From assembly GCF_009914755.1 (NCBI RefSeq), contig NC_060926.1: a stretch of DNA of 64,000 nt. One strand, 5' to 3'. Of this stretch, positions 16,748 to 32,248 are shown piece by piece. The stretch's first letter is position 1. Every line of letters begins with the position of its first letter. The notes under the pieces were generated by a model. It saw only the letters and a list, made by a program, of their open reading frames with translations. It made no database searches and was not told the origin of the DNA. A program made the translations under genes and the position numbers. Source of the DNA: the human T2T-CHM13v2.0 reference genome, Homo sapiens.

Positions 16748-16985
16748 TGAATATTCTTAATATAATTGTCATTGAGCCCCTAGGTTAAATAAATAGGTTC
16801 TTTTCTTTCTTCCTTTTATTTTTGTTTTGTTTTTTGCTTTTTTTTTTGGCATATTTTCTTAGTGAAACGTTAGAAAACTAATGCTTTATAGTTTCTGTAT
16901 GTCTCTTTTTTAGAGTTTTAAAACTTGTTCTTTTAGAAGTTAGTGTTGTAAGCTGTATGTATGGTTTTTTAATTTTGTTGACATA
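16748..16985 (+). repeat. Local duplication, copy A (paralogous to 18842-19088)
   Basis: Colinear match tataattgtcattgag...gaaaactaatgcttta...gtaagctgtatgt...aattttgttgacata. Confidence 0.92.
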
Positions 16986-18719
16986 GAGATAAGATTATCC
17001 ATCCATTCATTCATTCAGTTATTTATTCTAGATTCTAATGCAAATTATAAATGTTTGCTGCTGCCATTTTGCCTGACTCAGATAGCCCTTTTCCCCTGAT
17101 AATTTACAGCTTCAAAAACATATGAATATACCTTTTGGAATTGTGTCTAAAGTAAGGTAAATAAGCCTTGATTTGAGGCATGTAAGAAAAATATATGAGT
17201 TTCTTGTACTTGAACTGGAAGCCCTCTGTAGTGGCCACACTGAGGCTTCCCCCTCCTGCCTCCCATTGCTTCCTTATTTTCAGTAAAAGTGGCTTTTGGA
17301 TAAGTGAGGTATTACTTCCCTACCCACCTCCTCCTATAAAATCTTGGAATATTTCGTTTGTTTAGTATTATGGTTTTTTCTGTTAGACTCTGTATGCATT
17401 CAAGTTGGTAATTGATTCCTAATATTGTTGGCTTGACGATTTTTTTCCAGCTATGTGAGTGATTTACTTTTTATATAATTTGCATCTTAAAAATCAGAAT
17501 ATAAAGTTTCTTATTTCAAATTTTATTCTTAGACTTCTAGATTACTTCAGATTACTTAAATTGTCCACTTAATTCTTTGACTATACTTTTTTTTTCCCTT
17601 TCTTTTTTATTTCTAAACTAGAAAAGACATTAAAAAATTGTTATGGCCCACATTTTGGAACATTAATTTTTAAAATGTACTAATTTTATTATACTTTATA
17701 GTACTTTGTTATGCTTTATTAGATTGTATAGGACTTGGATTTAGTTACTAAATAGAACTGAAAAGAATATTTATATAAGAAAAAAGTTATATTACCAGCG
17801 ATAGCCTGCTTTATATTCTGAAAGTTGCAGCAGTGTCTTTATTGTATATCCTTTTAAGGCAGCTTCATCACTGAGAACTTTTTTGGGAGTCTGGAAGCGT
17901 ACTTTATTTGGTTTAGGATTTAAACATCTAATAAAACCAATAAAAGATCTCCCAGATAGCTAATAAAATATATTTTTCTTTTGGTTCATTTTCCTCAGCC
18001 ACAGCTCTCTTCCATTGTCAAAAAAGAATGTATACCCTGTATTTTTAAACAGAAGTGACTTTAGTAGATTTATGGTATTCAAAAGATCTGTCACTTTAGT
18101 CTAAGTGTAGAATATCTGGACCTTAGTTTCTCCATAATGTGAATCAAGGACAGTATTGATCATGCAGAGATTAGAGATTTAAAAGTTTTAAATATTTCAT
18201 TTTAAAGTCCAAATTGATAGTGTAATTCTCAATTTCTGCCAAATATAAGTAGAAAAAAAGCTTTCAACAGAAACCTGTTTTTCAGTCGTAAAGCTGAATT
18301 CTCCTAGTGGCACAATCAGCTAAATGTGGTCTGAGTGATATCTAGTCTGATTCTTAAAAAAAAGTCCAGAAAGAACCATATCCCAGCTGAAACCAGTTCT
18401 TACGACAACCTTATTCAGTGGTCCACTCTGAAGTTCCTATTCTCTTACTTCATTATTGCCCGCACATTTGTTCTAAAAAAATGAAATTACTTGCCTTTTT
18501 AAAATGAAAATAAAAACACTGAATGATTCAGAAATATCTTTTGCTTTTGCTACCTTCTCATTCTTTTGCTAAAATAAAGCCAATTTATTGTTAATCTAAA
18601 ATTTCTTGAATAAAATGGATTGAAATTACAATGTTGGGTGCAAATGACTGTTTAATTCTTAATTTTTGAAAATAACATGGTTTGATGTAGTTAAAATTGT
18701 GTTGTTTGTATTTACTTAA

Positions 18720-19088
<369 letters not shown>

Positions 19089-19544
19089 AATTTAAGTCTT
19101 TCAGCCCTTATTTTGTCATTAATGTATACTGCTTTTAGAAGCCAAAAAGCTTAAGAATTTTCTGTTTCTGTCATTGAGCATAATTCTTCCCCAAAAGAGA
19201 GTGGGTCCCATAGTAAACAAAGTCATGTAAATTATTTCTGAAAAGCATACTGTACCCTGATGTTATTCATACTAATGAACAAATCTAGACTTAATTCTTA
19301 AATTTTCTCTTTTATGATATAGGGGCTCTATTTTGTTGATTAGTTAGTAGCCTGTAATTTGTGTATAGTATGGGGACGTATGCACAGACCTATTGAATGT
19401 GGAGACCCTTTGGTTCTTAAACCAGAAAGCATTACAAATAGCTAACGATTCAAGCATAAAGTACTACGATCTCATTTTCCCAGTGAGGCTAATGAATTTA
19501 TATCATACAAAAAAAAAAGATTTATGTGAGATCCCTAATACACT

Positions 19545-19810
19545 TCACAGTGTCTTTTCTGAAGCTTTTGGGGCCATATATATATTAGAATTCCAAGTTT
19601 TTCAGATTATGTAAAAGTAATAAAATATATGTATTATATGTTAACACTCTAGTAGTATTTTGGGCATTAATATTTTGGCAGCAAAACATATGAACATACT
19701 AAGTGAGATAAGTAATGATTATAAATAGCTTTACCTCTGACTTTACCATGTCAGAGTTTACCACCAAATGAGTTATGGATTTTAGAGCTGTTAACAATTT
19801 TGGAATAGAA
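19545..19810 (-). mobile_element. MER46C-like (Tigger family) DNA transposon remnant
   Basis: cattaatattttggcagcaaaacatatgaacatactaagtgagataag...ccaaatgagttatg. Confidence 0.65.
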
Positions 19811-20016
19811 ATTTTATCAGATGTTTAAATTAATGTATTTTTAAATTTTTAATTAAATTACCATGTTTCTCCATTAAGGAAAAACAAAAGTTATATTCAT
19901 TGCAGAAAGCCAGGAAATACAGGTAAGCAAAAGTGAGGAGAAATCCTTGAAATCCCTGTCTACTACCAAAGAAAATCTTTAAATTTTCATATTTGCCTAA
20001 ACCTAAAAAAAAGTTA

Positions 20017-20334
<318 letters not shown>

Positions 20335-20532
20335 TTACAACCTTTTGACTTAATAGTAGATCATCACAGACACTTTTAACTACTCTCCTTTTGCTGCCCT
20401 CTGAGGATGGAAATGAAATAAATACATTAAACTTTTCCTTTCAGTCTTCTCAAAAGGAGGCAACATTATGATACACATATAATTACACTTTCAAAATTTT
20501 GAGGAAATTGGTATAACATTTTTGTTCAAGTA

Positions 20533-20836
<304 letters not shown>

Positions 20837-21349
20837 TAGATGTTCTGTATGTTCATTTTTTTCATTCCTGCTGTTCCATTGGTTGGTAAGATATCTTTTG
20901 TAGATGCAAGATCCTCATCCTAACAGAAGAAACACACTGATGGTAAACTTGCTTGAGACACAAGCAACTTTTTTTAAAAAGAAAGAAAGTATGGAGCTTT
21001 CAGTATGAGAATACTAATACTGCAGGATTCTGTAATTTCTAGAAAATATTATTTTATTAACTAGTATATTAATTTGGTGAGTATTATTATGTCTGCCTTT
21101 TAGGAGCTACGTTAGTAGATATGTTAACTCAGAAAGTGACCAGAATAACCAAAACGAAGGCACAGTGACTCATTTAAAAAAATAAATTAGGCCTTTTTCT
21201 TCATCTGATAATTTGGAGATTGTATTTTTAGTTACACTACCATACTTACTGGTACAATGCATCTTGGATTTTTTCAAATATAAAGTATTCTGAAACTATT
21301 TTGAGTAATGCCTATTATATCTATAGTTATATCCAGTTTAAGTGAAGAC

Positions 21350-21651
<302 letters not shown>

Positions 21652-21771
21652 AAGATTTTCATTTTTTTCAACTATTTTCATTTTTTAAAAATAGTTTTTT
21701 CTAATTACTATAGTGGTATATCATAGAGAATTTAGAAGTACAGAAAGGATATAGAGAGGAAATGTTTTTGA

Positions 21772-22125
<354 letters not shown>

Positions 22126-22194
22126 GTCTCCAAACTTCTTATTTAAATTGATGACTAAAAATTATAACACCAAGAAGTGCCTACCACTTATCAG

Positions 22195-22370
22195 GCATAG
22201 TGTGAGACACTTTACATCATCTGTAATGCTGTCACCAAAACCCTGAAAGTTAGGTATTGGTTTTGTTTACACACAAAGAAGCTGAAACTGAAAGAGGTAG
22301 TTTATCGAGCATCACAGAGCTAGTAGCTATGATTGTAAACCAAATATGACTGATTCTACGATGTGCTTTC
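22195..22370 (-). mobile_element. MIR remnant
   Basis: accctgaaagttaggtatt...gaagctgaaactgaaagagg...tcacagagctagtag. Confidence 0.55.
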
Positions 22371-23864
22371 TCTTGCCACTGAAGTAGCAACTCATGTTTT
22401 TATGAGTTGTTTTATGAGTAACCTATAGTAAGTAGTTTAGTTAATATTGTCTAGCACTGATTCTACAAGCTTATTGAGTATTTGCTCTATGTAAAGGCAC
22501 TAGATTATCCTTTCTTTGGATTTGTTGTCCTTTTAGTTACAGGTTGAGGTATATAAGTGAAGGAGAAGGGAAAAAAAAGCATCCTGATACCATGGAGCTA
22601 TCCTTACCCTTTGGAAATATTTATAAAAATGAGATATTTGGGCAGTATCCTTTGGGGGAAAAAATGAGATAATTTGTTTTCTATATCATTACAGTTATTT
22701 TCATGTCTGGAGCTCTTACATTAAGTTTCTTTTCCCAAAGTGTATAAGTTTTAGAAAGAAGGAAAGAGAAAAACCTTGAAATTAAGGTTTTATAATGGAA
22801 ACACTGTGCGCTTAACTGTTCTTGTGCTTACCCATCACGTTAATACAGTGGTTCTCAAACTTTGCCTGGTTGGTTCCCATTTAAGAATTATGTAATGAAT
22901 TCCAGAACTCACCATGAAACAAAATTGGTGAAATCACAGTTGGAGTGTAACAGACAGCAAATTAAACTTCTGTAGGCAGTAAAATCCATGCCTACAGAAA
23001 TCCGTGACTTACCAAATTGAAGGTAAAAATTGGTCGTAGACTTAACTCTTACCTTTCTTTTGTATTCTTTTTTTAAATAAAAATGGCCAAGCCTATTCCT
23101 TTAAAAAAGCAGTTTTTATTCTGCCTTGTTTTTTCTTTTTCACTCTTCTGGCCACCTTCTTGCTTTCCAGTTTACTCTGTAAGTTGGTAGTACTGTTTCT
23201 GAACTGTGGTGCTTTGCTGTCTTAAAGCGCCTACTGTGAATGAAATTGACTAGCACCACGTGACTTCAGTCGATTTTCTTCTCAGCAGGTGAAAAGCTTC
23301 TCTTGGCAAGAATGTGGTGCCCACAGATACACTCCTGGAAAAGTTACTTTCTTTACCTTTTTAAAAGTTTTAACTCTTTTGAAAAAATGGCATTATTTTT
23401 TCTTATTCACTTCTTCTGTATGGATTTTTTTTTTTTTTGGCTATTTTTTGAAAGATTATTAAAGGAAAAAGAAATCCTGAAGGTTACCTAATCTAATCAG
23501 CTTGTTTACTCTGAGGAAACTGAGGTTCAAGGAGATTACTTGGTGAGTCTAAGTCCACCGTCTGAGAGAATATCGGGCATACATCCAGAAACTGGCACTT
23601 GATTTCTAGTGAAGTACCATTTTTCTTATTCCATTCCACTTTCTTATCTGTGAAGGAGTTTATAATTACTGTTGGTATTGGCTTAGTAGCCAGATATGTT
23701 TTCTTCAATACCTGTTGATTAGCTTTATTGTGTGTAGAATATTAATATATGTGATTATCTTGTAATCACTTATTGCATGATCTTAACATTTGGAATTCAC
23801 TCCCAGAAGACCAAATTTGTATGCCTTCTGGTTAATACATCTACCTTATCTAAAATGGATTTTT

Positions 23865-24141
23865 CTGTAATCCTAGCACTTTGGGAGGCCGAGGTGGGGC
23901 AGATCACCAGAGGTCAGAAGTTTGAGACCAGCTTGGCCAACATGGTGAAACCCCATCTGTACTGAAAATACAAAAATTAGCCAGGTGTGTTGTCACATAC
24001 TTGTAATCCCAACTACTTGGGAGGCTGAGGCAGAATTGCTTGAACCCAGGAGGCAGAGGTTGCATTGAGCCACGATTGTGCCATTGCACTCAAGCCAGGG
24101 CGACAGAGTGAGACTATGTCTCAAATAAATTAATTAAATAA
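23865..24141 (+). mobile_element. 5'-truncated AluS
   Basis: TSD taaaatggatttt. Confidence 0.9.
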
Positions 24142-24397
24142 AATGGATTTTTAAAAGATTTTGGAATGAATAACACATTTAATAAATTAGTTTTAACCCT
24201 CAGAGGACCTATAAGAATATAAACAAAATTGAAAATTGAAGCATTTGTTCTTAATCTTGATTGAAAGACTAATCAGCATATCTGAAACCCTGGCCTCAGA
24301 AAAATATAATATTTGATGAAATCACAGATAACAAGACCTATGTAAGGGTGCTAATACTGCGAAAATAAAACCCAAATTTTATATAAAAAGGACTGTG

Positions 24398-24513
24398 ACT
24401 GGTCAAGGTGGTGTGCACCTGTAGTCCCAGGTACTCAGGAGGCTGAGACAGGAGGATCACTAGAGCCCAGGAGTTTGAGGCCAGCCTAGGCACATAGCAA
24501 GACCCCATCTCTT

Positions 24514-24540
<27 letters not shown>
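24398..24540 (+). mobile_element. Alu monomer (FLAM/FAM-like) with long A tail
   Basis: Single arm followed by an A-run. Confidence 0.82.
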
Positions 24541-24544
<4 letters not shown>

Positions 24545-27500
24545 ACAGAGAGACAAATTTTGTGTTAAAGGAAGTGGTATAATTAAACTATTAGTCTTTT
24601 CTTATTTTCCCCCCAAGTTAGCATTACATCTGTATTGAAATCATTAATGATTAAAAAGTCAGCTGTGTATTTTTCCCTTGTTGAAGAGCCAAAGAAACCC
24701 AAGTGACCTTGCATCTTATTCTAGATGGTGTAAAAAAAGAAAAGGAATGGATTCCATTGATAGATTCATGAAACTTTGTCCCAATGAAGATTCTCTTTAA
24801 TATGCATCTGATTTTAAAGAGTAAGGTATAAGAAGATGAAGTGATGGACAAATGGATTGAAATAGAGTGATTCAAAATGAAGCTGACCCAGAAAAGAAGG
24901 GATTTTTTGAAAATATTAAAGGAAAATCATTCCTATGTAATCTGTATTTTTAAACTAATGATTAAAGCATTTTCCTCTAATATTTTCATAGCTGTTTGTG
25001 AAGTTATTCATAAGTTGAATTTTTATAAGTCAAATCATATTTTTATATGCAGCAAATGTCCTGACTTTTAGAACTCAGTGTCAGCTTCCTTTATACCAGG
25101 AATAACCAGACTACCTTGTAAGTTAGGGATTTTTCATAGGATATTAAGTTATCTTAAAATGGGATGCACCAGTACAATAAAACTACATAGTAAATTGATA
25201 GACAACAAACATATTTCCTAAACAACAGTGCACTAATGATGGGATTTGTTTTTCACTTCATATTGAGATTTAATCATTAAAAGTGATAGATTCATAAGTA
25301 GCAATGTTTGTTCAGTAAGGATTTTCTAAGATACTGTATATTACCTTTTAAATGTCTTGTAATATTTTAAAATAATTCAGAGTATGCTTTGTGGCATACT
25401 CTTAGCTTATCTTAAATGTATCTTAAATGTAAAATGTATCTTAAATGTACTGTGAGGTACAGATGAGAAAACTTGCTCTGAAGTCTCCTTCCTTCAGTTT
25501 AACAAAAGCCACCCATTTCACAGATGATTTAACTTTGATTAACTTACTCCATTGTAAGAGATTATTCCAACAACTGGAATTTCATTCTTTCGTGTTACTT
25601 GTAGGTGCAGCTTAATTTACAAAACAGCTTTTCTTTCTGTCTCACCAAAATACATCACAATTTTGATGTTAACTCAAAGTAAAAATTCAGTGGTTCATTA
25701 AACCTAGTTTTAGCATTCATTGACAAGAGATTTGTCATTTTAAAAGTAACTGCTACTTTTATGCACTCTTTACTGCTCAGTTTATAACCTTAGATTCCTT
25801 GTCAGAGAAAGCGTGGAGTTAACCACTTTAGCATATTGTAATGAATATTCATCAATAAATTGATGTGACATGGCAGCCCCATTTTTCAGTCTTCCTGCTC
25901 TGTTACAGTCTTTTCCAGTTTTAAATATAGCTTATCATGTAATAAGGACTAGCTTAGAAAATCTTCAGAACTGTAATTTTATATTTTTGGCCACGTTAAT
26001 AGTCCTTTGGTAGCTATCATATTAGCTTATAACAAGAAAAGCATATTTGTTTCAGAAGAACATTTTTTAATCTGATGTTATTGATGTTAGGCATTTTTGC
26101 CAAATATTTGGTAAATTTGATAATTATTTAAGATCAACCTTATAGCAAAAAGATTGCATTTTACAGTTTTTAAGAACAGCATTATCATTTGTTTTTATGT
26201 TCCTTGAAATTTATTTAATCATTTTTATGAAGCTTAAGTACCAATGATAGTTTTAAAGTCTGGTTTTAATCCATGTAGAAAGGGAGGGTATGTACTTTAA
26301 TTCTAAAATAAAACCCTGAGAGCATGTATTTAAATAGTTGATACTCATGATTCAGCTACAACTGAAATAATTTATATGGACAAATAGGCATGGCAAATGC
26401 TGTATAGTACACAGATATAGATCACTGTCTGACATATTTCATCTACATTTTAAATTTTAAAAGGAAAAGAGTGTCTATAAACAAGATCTTTTCTGTTAAA
26501 TATGTAAATTATGAGGTCACTTAGCACTAAAGTACTGACCATATGCATTATGACAGGAATTTGACACCTGTCATTGGAAATGGTACTTAGAGGCCGTATA
26601 ATACAACAAAGTTGAAGGAGGAGAATAAGATGTGGGTAGGAGGCTGTAATTTATAATTCATAGTGCTCAAGAATGACCTGTCCTGGGTGATTCAAAATTC
26701 CTATCTTTGATTTTAGGATTTACATACAGTGAAACCTACTAGTAAACACTTGATTAGGATAACTGGTAGCATTAGCAGAAAGTGGAAAATATATGTATAT
26801 TCTTACAGTGAATTTTTAGTTGAAATAGATGTCCTATTATTCTAAAAGACAGCTTGTAAGTTAAATGTAATTAAACTATTTTGTTACATTACACCTGCAG
26901 GTGACTTTATGGAAGAATTTCATTCTAATGCTTGAGTAATATAGTATAGAATTGCTACCAATTATACTATTTTCAGATTAATAATTCGTTGTATATGAGA
27001 ATTCATCTAAAAAGGAGTAGTGTCTTTCTGTTTCTCTATGTGATTATTTTGCCCCAAAAAGCTTTCATTTTTTTAAGTAGCACAAAAGCTATAATTGGCA
27101 TGCTTTGTAAGGAAGTGTCAATGTGCAAGAGAGTGGCGATCACTAAGAATTCTTTTACGTGTTCTTTCCCCTTTGCACCACCGCCTCCTCAGCAGGGTCA
27201 CTGAGATCACTAGCTTTTCTTGAAATGGCCATTTTCACTGGCAGGTGCATTATACCCTGTATTTTCAGATTGTTTTTCCATTCTGAATGTTTGGCAGGTT
27301 GATTGCTCTGGCTGCGTTGACGGAGAAAGGGCTGACAAATGTGGTTGGGCTGGCTGAAAAGACAGTGATTACTGTTTTCCTTTGTGGCTGATTGAGGCCG
27401 TTGAAAGGAAAAATTTTAACCTTCACCATTTGGTTCAAAAGTATGAGCATATATTGAAATCACTCGTGCCATTTATCCTAGTTCTGTAAACTTGTCAGAA

Positions 27501-28832
27501 CACAAAAATCGCTCAATTTCAAGTAATGTAGGATTGGCATACGTCATTATCATTTTGATTAAGTTGGAGGTTGTATCATTGTGTGCATTATACAGTGTCA
27601 TTTAAAGCTTTCTTTCCACAGGTACAGTTATATTTTTATTGCCTATACTATAGAGTTAGAAAGATTTTCATAGCTCTCTAAACCTAACAGTATGTGTGTG
27701 GTTTGGCAGCTGGTGTGGCCTACAAGCTGCATTTTGTTTGCTGGGTAAAGGCTTGTCTTTAGGCCTCCTGGAGTGCTGGTAATTGCACAGGCCTGCCATT
27801 GGGGAGAGACACAGGATTGGAAGCAGTGAAGCGGAAGAATGTTATGCCATCCCATTGCCACCTTGTAGCAGAAAGACACAATCCCAGCAGTGCCATCTGG
27901 TTGTTGCTGTCTAGTCAGCTGGCCTGGCTGCTGGGACCATGACTTGGCAGCTGGTTCCCATTCTTGACCATTCTTTTGTGTACGTCGTATGTATGTGTGT
28001 TTTAGATAATTTTGAACATGAGTCAGGGAAATGACTACAGCAAGTAAAGTCCCCTTATTGAATAGGTTGTCATTACTTGAACTGCACTCTGGTGCAGATG
28101 CCTGCTGCCTTTCCCTTATAGACAAATAACGCATGTGTTTAGGCAATAAAAATAAACATTTTCTTCATAAAAACCCATCTCAGTGTGTAGCAAAAGAAAA
28201 GGTGGGCAGGGTTATGTGTTCTATAACATTTTAAAATAAATGATTTTAAATTACTTCCTGGTTTGGGATGTAAGAGATTTAGTAATTTTTTAGAAGTCTT
28301 GTAAACATTGTATATTATCCCAATGTATACTTTTATTCAAATTAAGAAAACATTATTTTAAGTGCTTATTGCCACATCATGTAACAATAGATAATGAGAC
28401 TTGCATTTAAAATGACAGAATAGAAAATGTGGTCTTATAGCTATTATCTTCAAAATCTGCCTCTCAAATAGCAACCTGAGAGTTAATGTAAGCCATCTTT
28501 ATGCCTTATGAAGGCCCATTAGACACTGATGGTTTCAGATCACAAGTAAGCAGCCAGCTCTGTAGGCTATTTTAGACATTTGATTTTCCTCATTCTACAG
28601 CATTAATGTGTCAGCATGCTATATAAAACTATGCAGGAGTTGCATGTTGTTCTGTCTAGAATGATAAATGCTTGCAAGCTTTTAGAGACTTAATGAGGAA
28701 TTCATCCTAGTTGCTTATATATCTTATTTCAGTTTATGTAGCTACATAATTTAGGGTGGCTGTTGCTGAGGTACCACATAGGTATGTATAAAAACCAAGA
28801 GGTTCCACTTAACTATTTGATTATGTTGATAA

Positions 28833-29120
<288 letters not shown>

Positions 29121-29284
29121 TAAACTTTAAAACATTTTGTTGATTTCTGTTAAGATTCCTTTTATTACTTATGTATTAAAGTAGGATGAAATGCTGTAAA
29201 TCAAATAAGTGAATCTGATTGAAAAATAATAACATACATTGATCCATACTGTGATAGTGAGTTGACGTGATTTGCCTGACATAA

Positions 29285-29479
<195 letters not shown>

Positions 29480-29489
29480 TAATGTTTAG

Positions 29490-29717
<228 letters not shown>

Positions 29718-30187
29718 TAACTCATTTTTAAAATTATAATTAGCAGGTCATTTTATTTTAATTATGGGAATTTTGTATAATAAATCAATATGTGTTATTT
29801 AAAATTAATGGATGATGGTTCTAATGTTAACATACTCATCTTATGTACTTTGGAAGAAAGATTAGAAGCATTATTTATATTTAAAATTCAGGACTTTATG
29901 ATACAGGCCAGTTTTACTAATTTCAGTTGCTCACCAAATCCTTTGTGTAAAATTTGGACACATATTTTAATTAAATGTTTTAACATTAAAACATTTAAAA
30001 TAATTAACTGTTCTAATTTAAAATTGTACTAATGTCCCAGTAGGCATAATGCTAGAGATGTCTCTCTTGATGAAATGTTAGGTATTTGTATTTGCAGAAT
30101 AATAATCTGATAAAGACAAATAACTAGGATTATAAAACAGTTCTTATTATGCATAGCATTTCTTTTCTTCTTGATTCTTCTGAGCAG

Positions 30188-30313
30188 TATCCGGAGTTAC
30201 TCGTGGCTTCCTATAACAACAATGAAGATGCCCCTCATGAGCCTGATGGTGTGGCCCTTGTATGGAATATGAAATACAAAAAAACTACCCCAGAGTATGT
30301 GTTTCACTGCCAG
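30188..30313 (+). CDS. DYNC1I2: Coding exon [42 protein letters not shown] (WD40)
   Basis: gagcag|TATCCG...TGCCAG|gtatgg; 126 nt. Confidence 0.97.
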
Positions 30314-31217
30314 GTATGGTGGTCTTTTAACAGTCTTCGCCTCAAGTTTAAGAATTCATTGATGAATTAAGACAAGTGCCTTTTTTCTTTTCTTGTCAAC
30401 ATAATGATTTCATTGGATTGGCATTTTACTAAACCACTCCATATTTGCAAACAGATGTTAACAGAAAACTGAAGACTTCTCAGTTCAACATGATCTGCCT
30501 TTTGTAGCTTTTCTGACATCTCTTATAATGTTTAATCACACCTAAAGTCCTTTGCAGTTGTGATTTTCTGTTATGGTGATTGACTGTATAAAAGGAATCT
30601 TTTATAAAATGTCTTTCCTACAGGGAGTTTCCCAGGAACTTATTTGTGAATATACAATTAGATGGTTGGCCCACTGAATTACTTATACATGGCCTGAGGA
30701 ATTGGAACTAGATGGTTTTAAGTAGAAACATATGGTTGAAGTAGAAAACAGATGCAGATTTTTAAAGCAGATTTAGTAGAAGGTTAGAATTTGCAAGCCT
30801 TTTCTGATTGCATAATTTAAAATCTTTTAATAGTGTCTTAATCTTGAGTAAACACTTAACTTGAATTAAACTAGCGTGTACTCTACTGTTAGATTACTGT
30901 CAGAGTCTAATGCAGGGCTAGTTATCTTTTTAATACTGTAGTTAACTGAAATAACTTTTTGCTTTCTTTGATAAATTAGTTAAACCTACTTAATAGTAAA
31001 CAGCCATTGCATTGGACTTTTAAGCAAAAAATATCTTAAAGATATATTTTTATATTTCTGAAACAGTGAAAACTTTTAATTAATTTACTTAGTTGTTTTT
31101 ATAACCTCTAATACCATACAATGAAGAAAGAAATGTTTCGGATAATAGATTGATTTTTAGAACTTGTCAGGCATTTTCCATTTGAATCTCAAGTATAAAA
31201 ATCTTACTTATTTGCAG

Positions 31218-31364
31218 TCAGCTGTGATGTCTGCCACATTTGCAAAATTTCATCCAAATCTTGTTGTTGGTGGTACATATTCAGGCCAAATTGTGCTTTG
31301 GGATAACCGTAGCAATAAAAGAACTCCAGTGCAAAGAACTCCACTGTCAGCAGCTGCACACACA
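31218..31364 (+). CDS. DYNC1I2: Coding exon [49 protein letters not shown] (WD40)
   Basis: ttgcag|TCAGCT...CACACA|gtaagt; 147 nt. Confidence 0.97.
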
Positions 31365-31701
31365 GTAAGTAAATAAGGTTATTTCCATTAGGCTTCTGTG
31401 CTCCTTCATCCTTAGCTATAATACTTAGTAGTGGCCATCAGAGTCATCTCAGAATGTGCTTCCTTTGGTGTATGAATTCCTCACCATTTAGCAACCAAGA
31501 ATGAAGGCTATTTTTTTTTTTGGAGATTTATTAGAAACTCATCTCTCTTCTGCGACAACATTTTGTTAATAGCAAACTTCACATTAAGAATACCCACAAG
31601 TTATGAGACTCGATAATAAACAGAATGCTTATAATTAGACTAAAAATTTTGTTTTGCTTTTTGGTACAATAATCCCTGAAAACTTTTTTTAATATCTCTA
31701 G

Positions 31702-31821
<120 letters not shown>

Positions 31822-32113
31822 TAAACTTGGGAAACTGAAATTTTGAGGCAAATGTTATGTTTTAAGTGTATGTGTACCTCAACTTATGTTTCTCATAAAC
31901 TGTTTTATAGTAGTGTTACAACAGCTTATAAGCTGAAACGTGTTTAATATAAGTTTGTTTCATATATATATATTTTACTTTGAAACCTGCTTCATTTAAT
32001 TTAGATTTATGTAAATAATAAAAGAATTGTTTACAATCAAAGACTAGAAGTTTTTCTACAGAAATTTAAAATTGCAAGTTTACAAACTAATTTTCTCAGG
32101 TTTTTCTATGTAG

Positions 32114-32248
<135 letters not shown>

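Noticed and set aside
25407-25450. Short tandem tatcttaaatg(t) repeats that look array-like
   Set aside because: Only about three degenerate units with no unique spacers; ordinary slippage duplication, not CRISPR-like
27643-28146. 167-aa minus-strand ORF
   Set aside because: Starts at a non-ATG codon, has no recognisable domain and is antisense within an intron; the longer ORF is explained by locally higher GC
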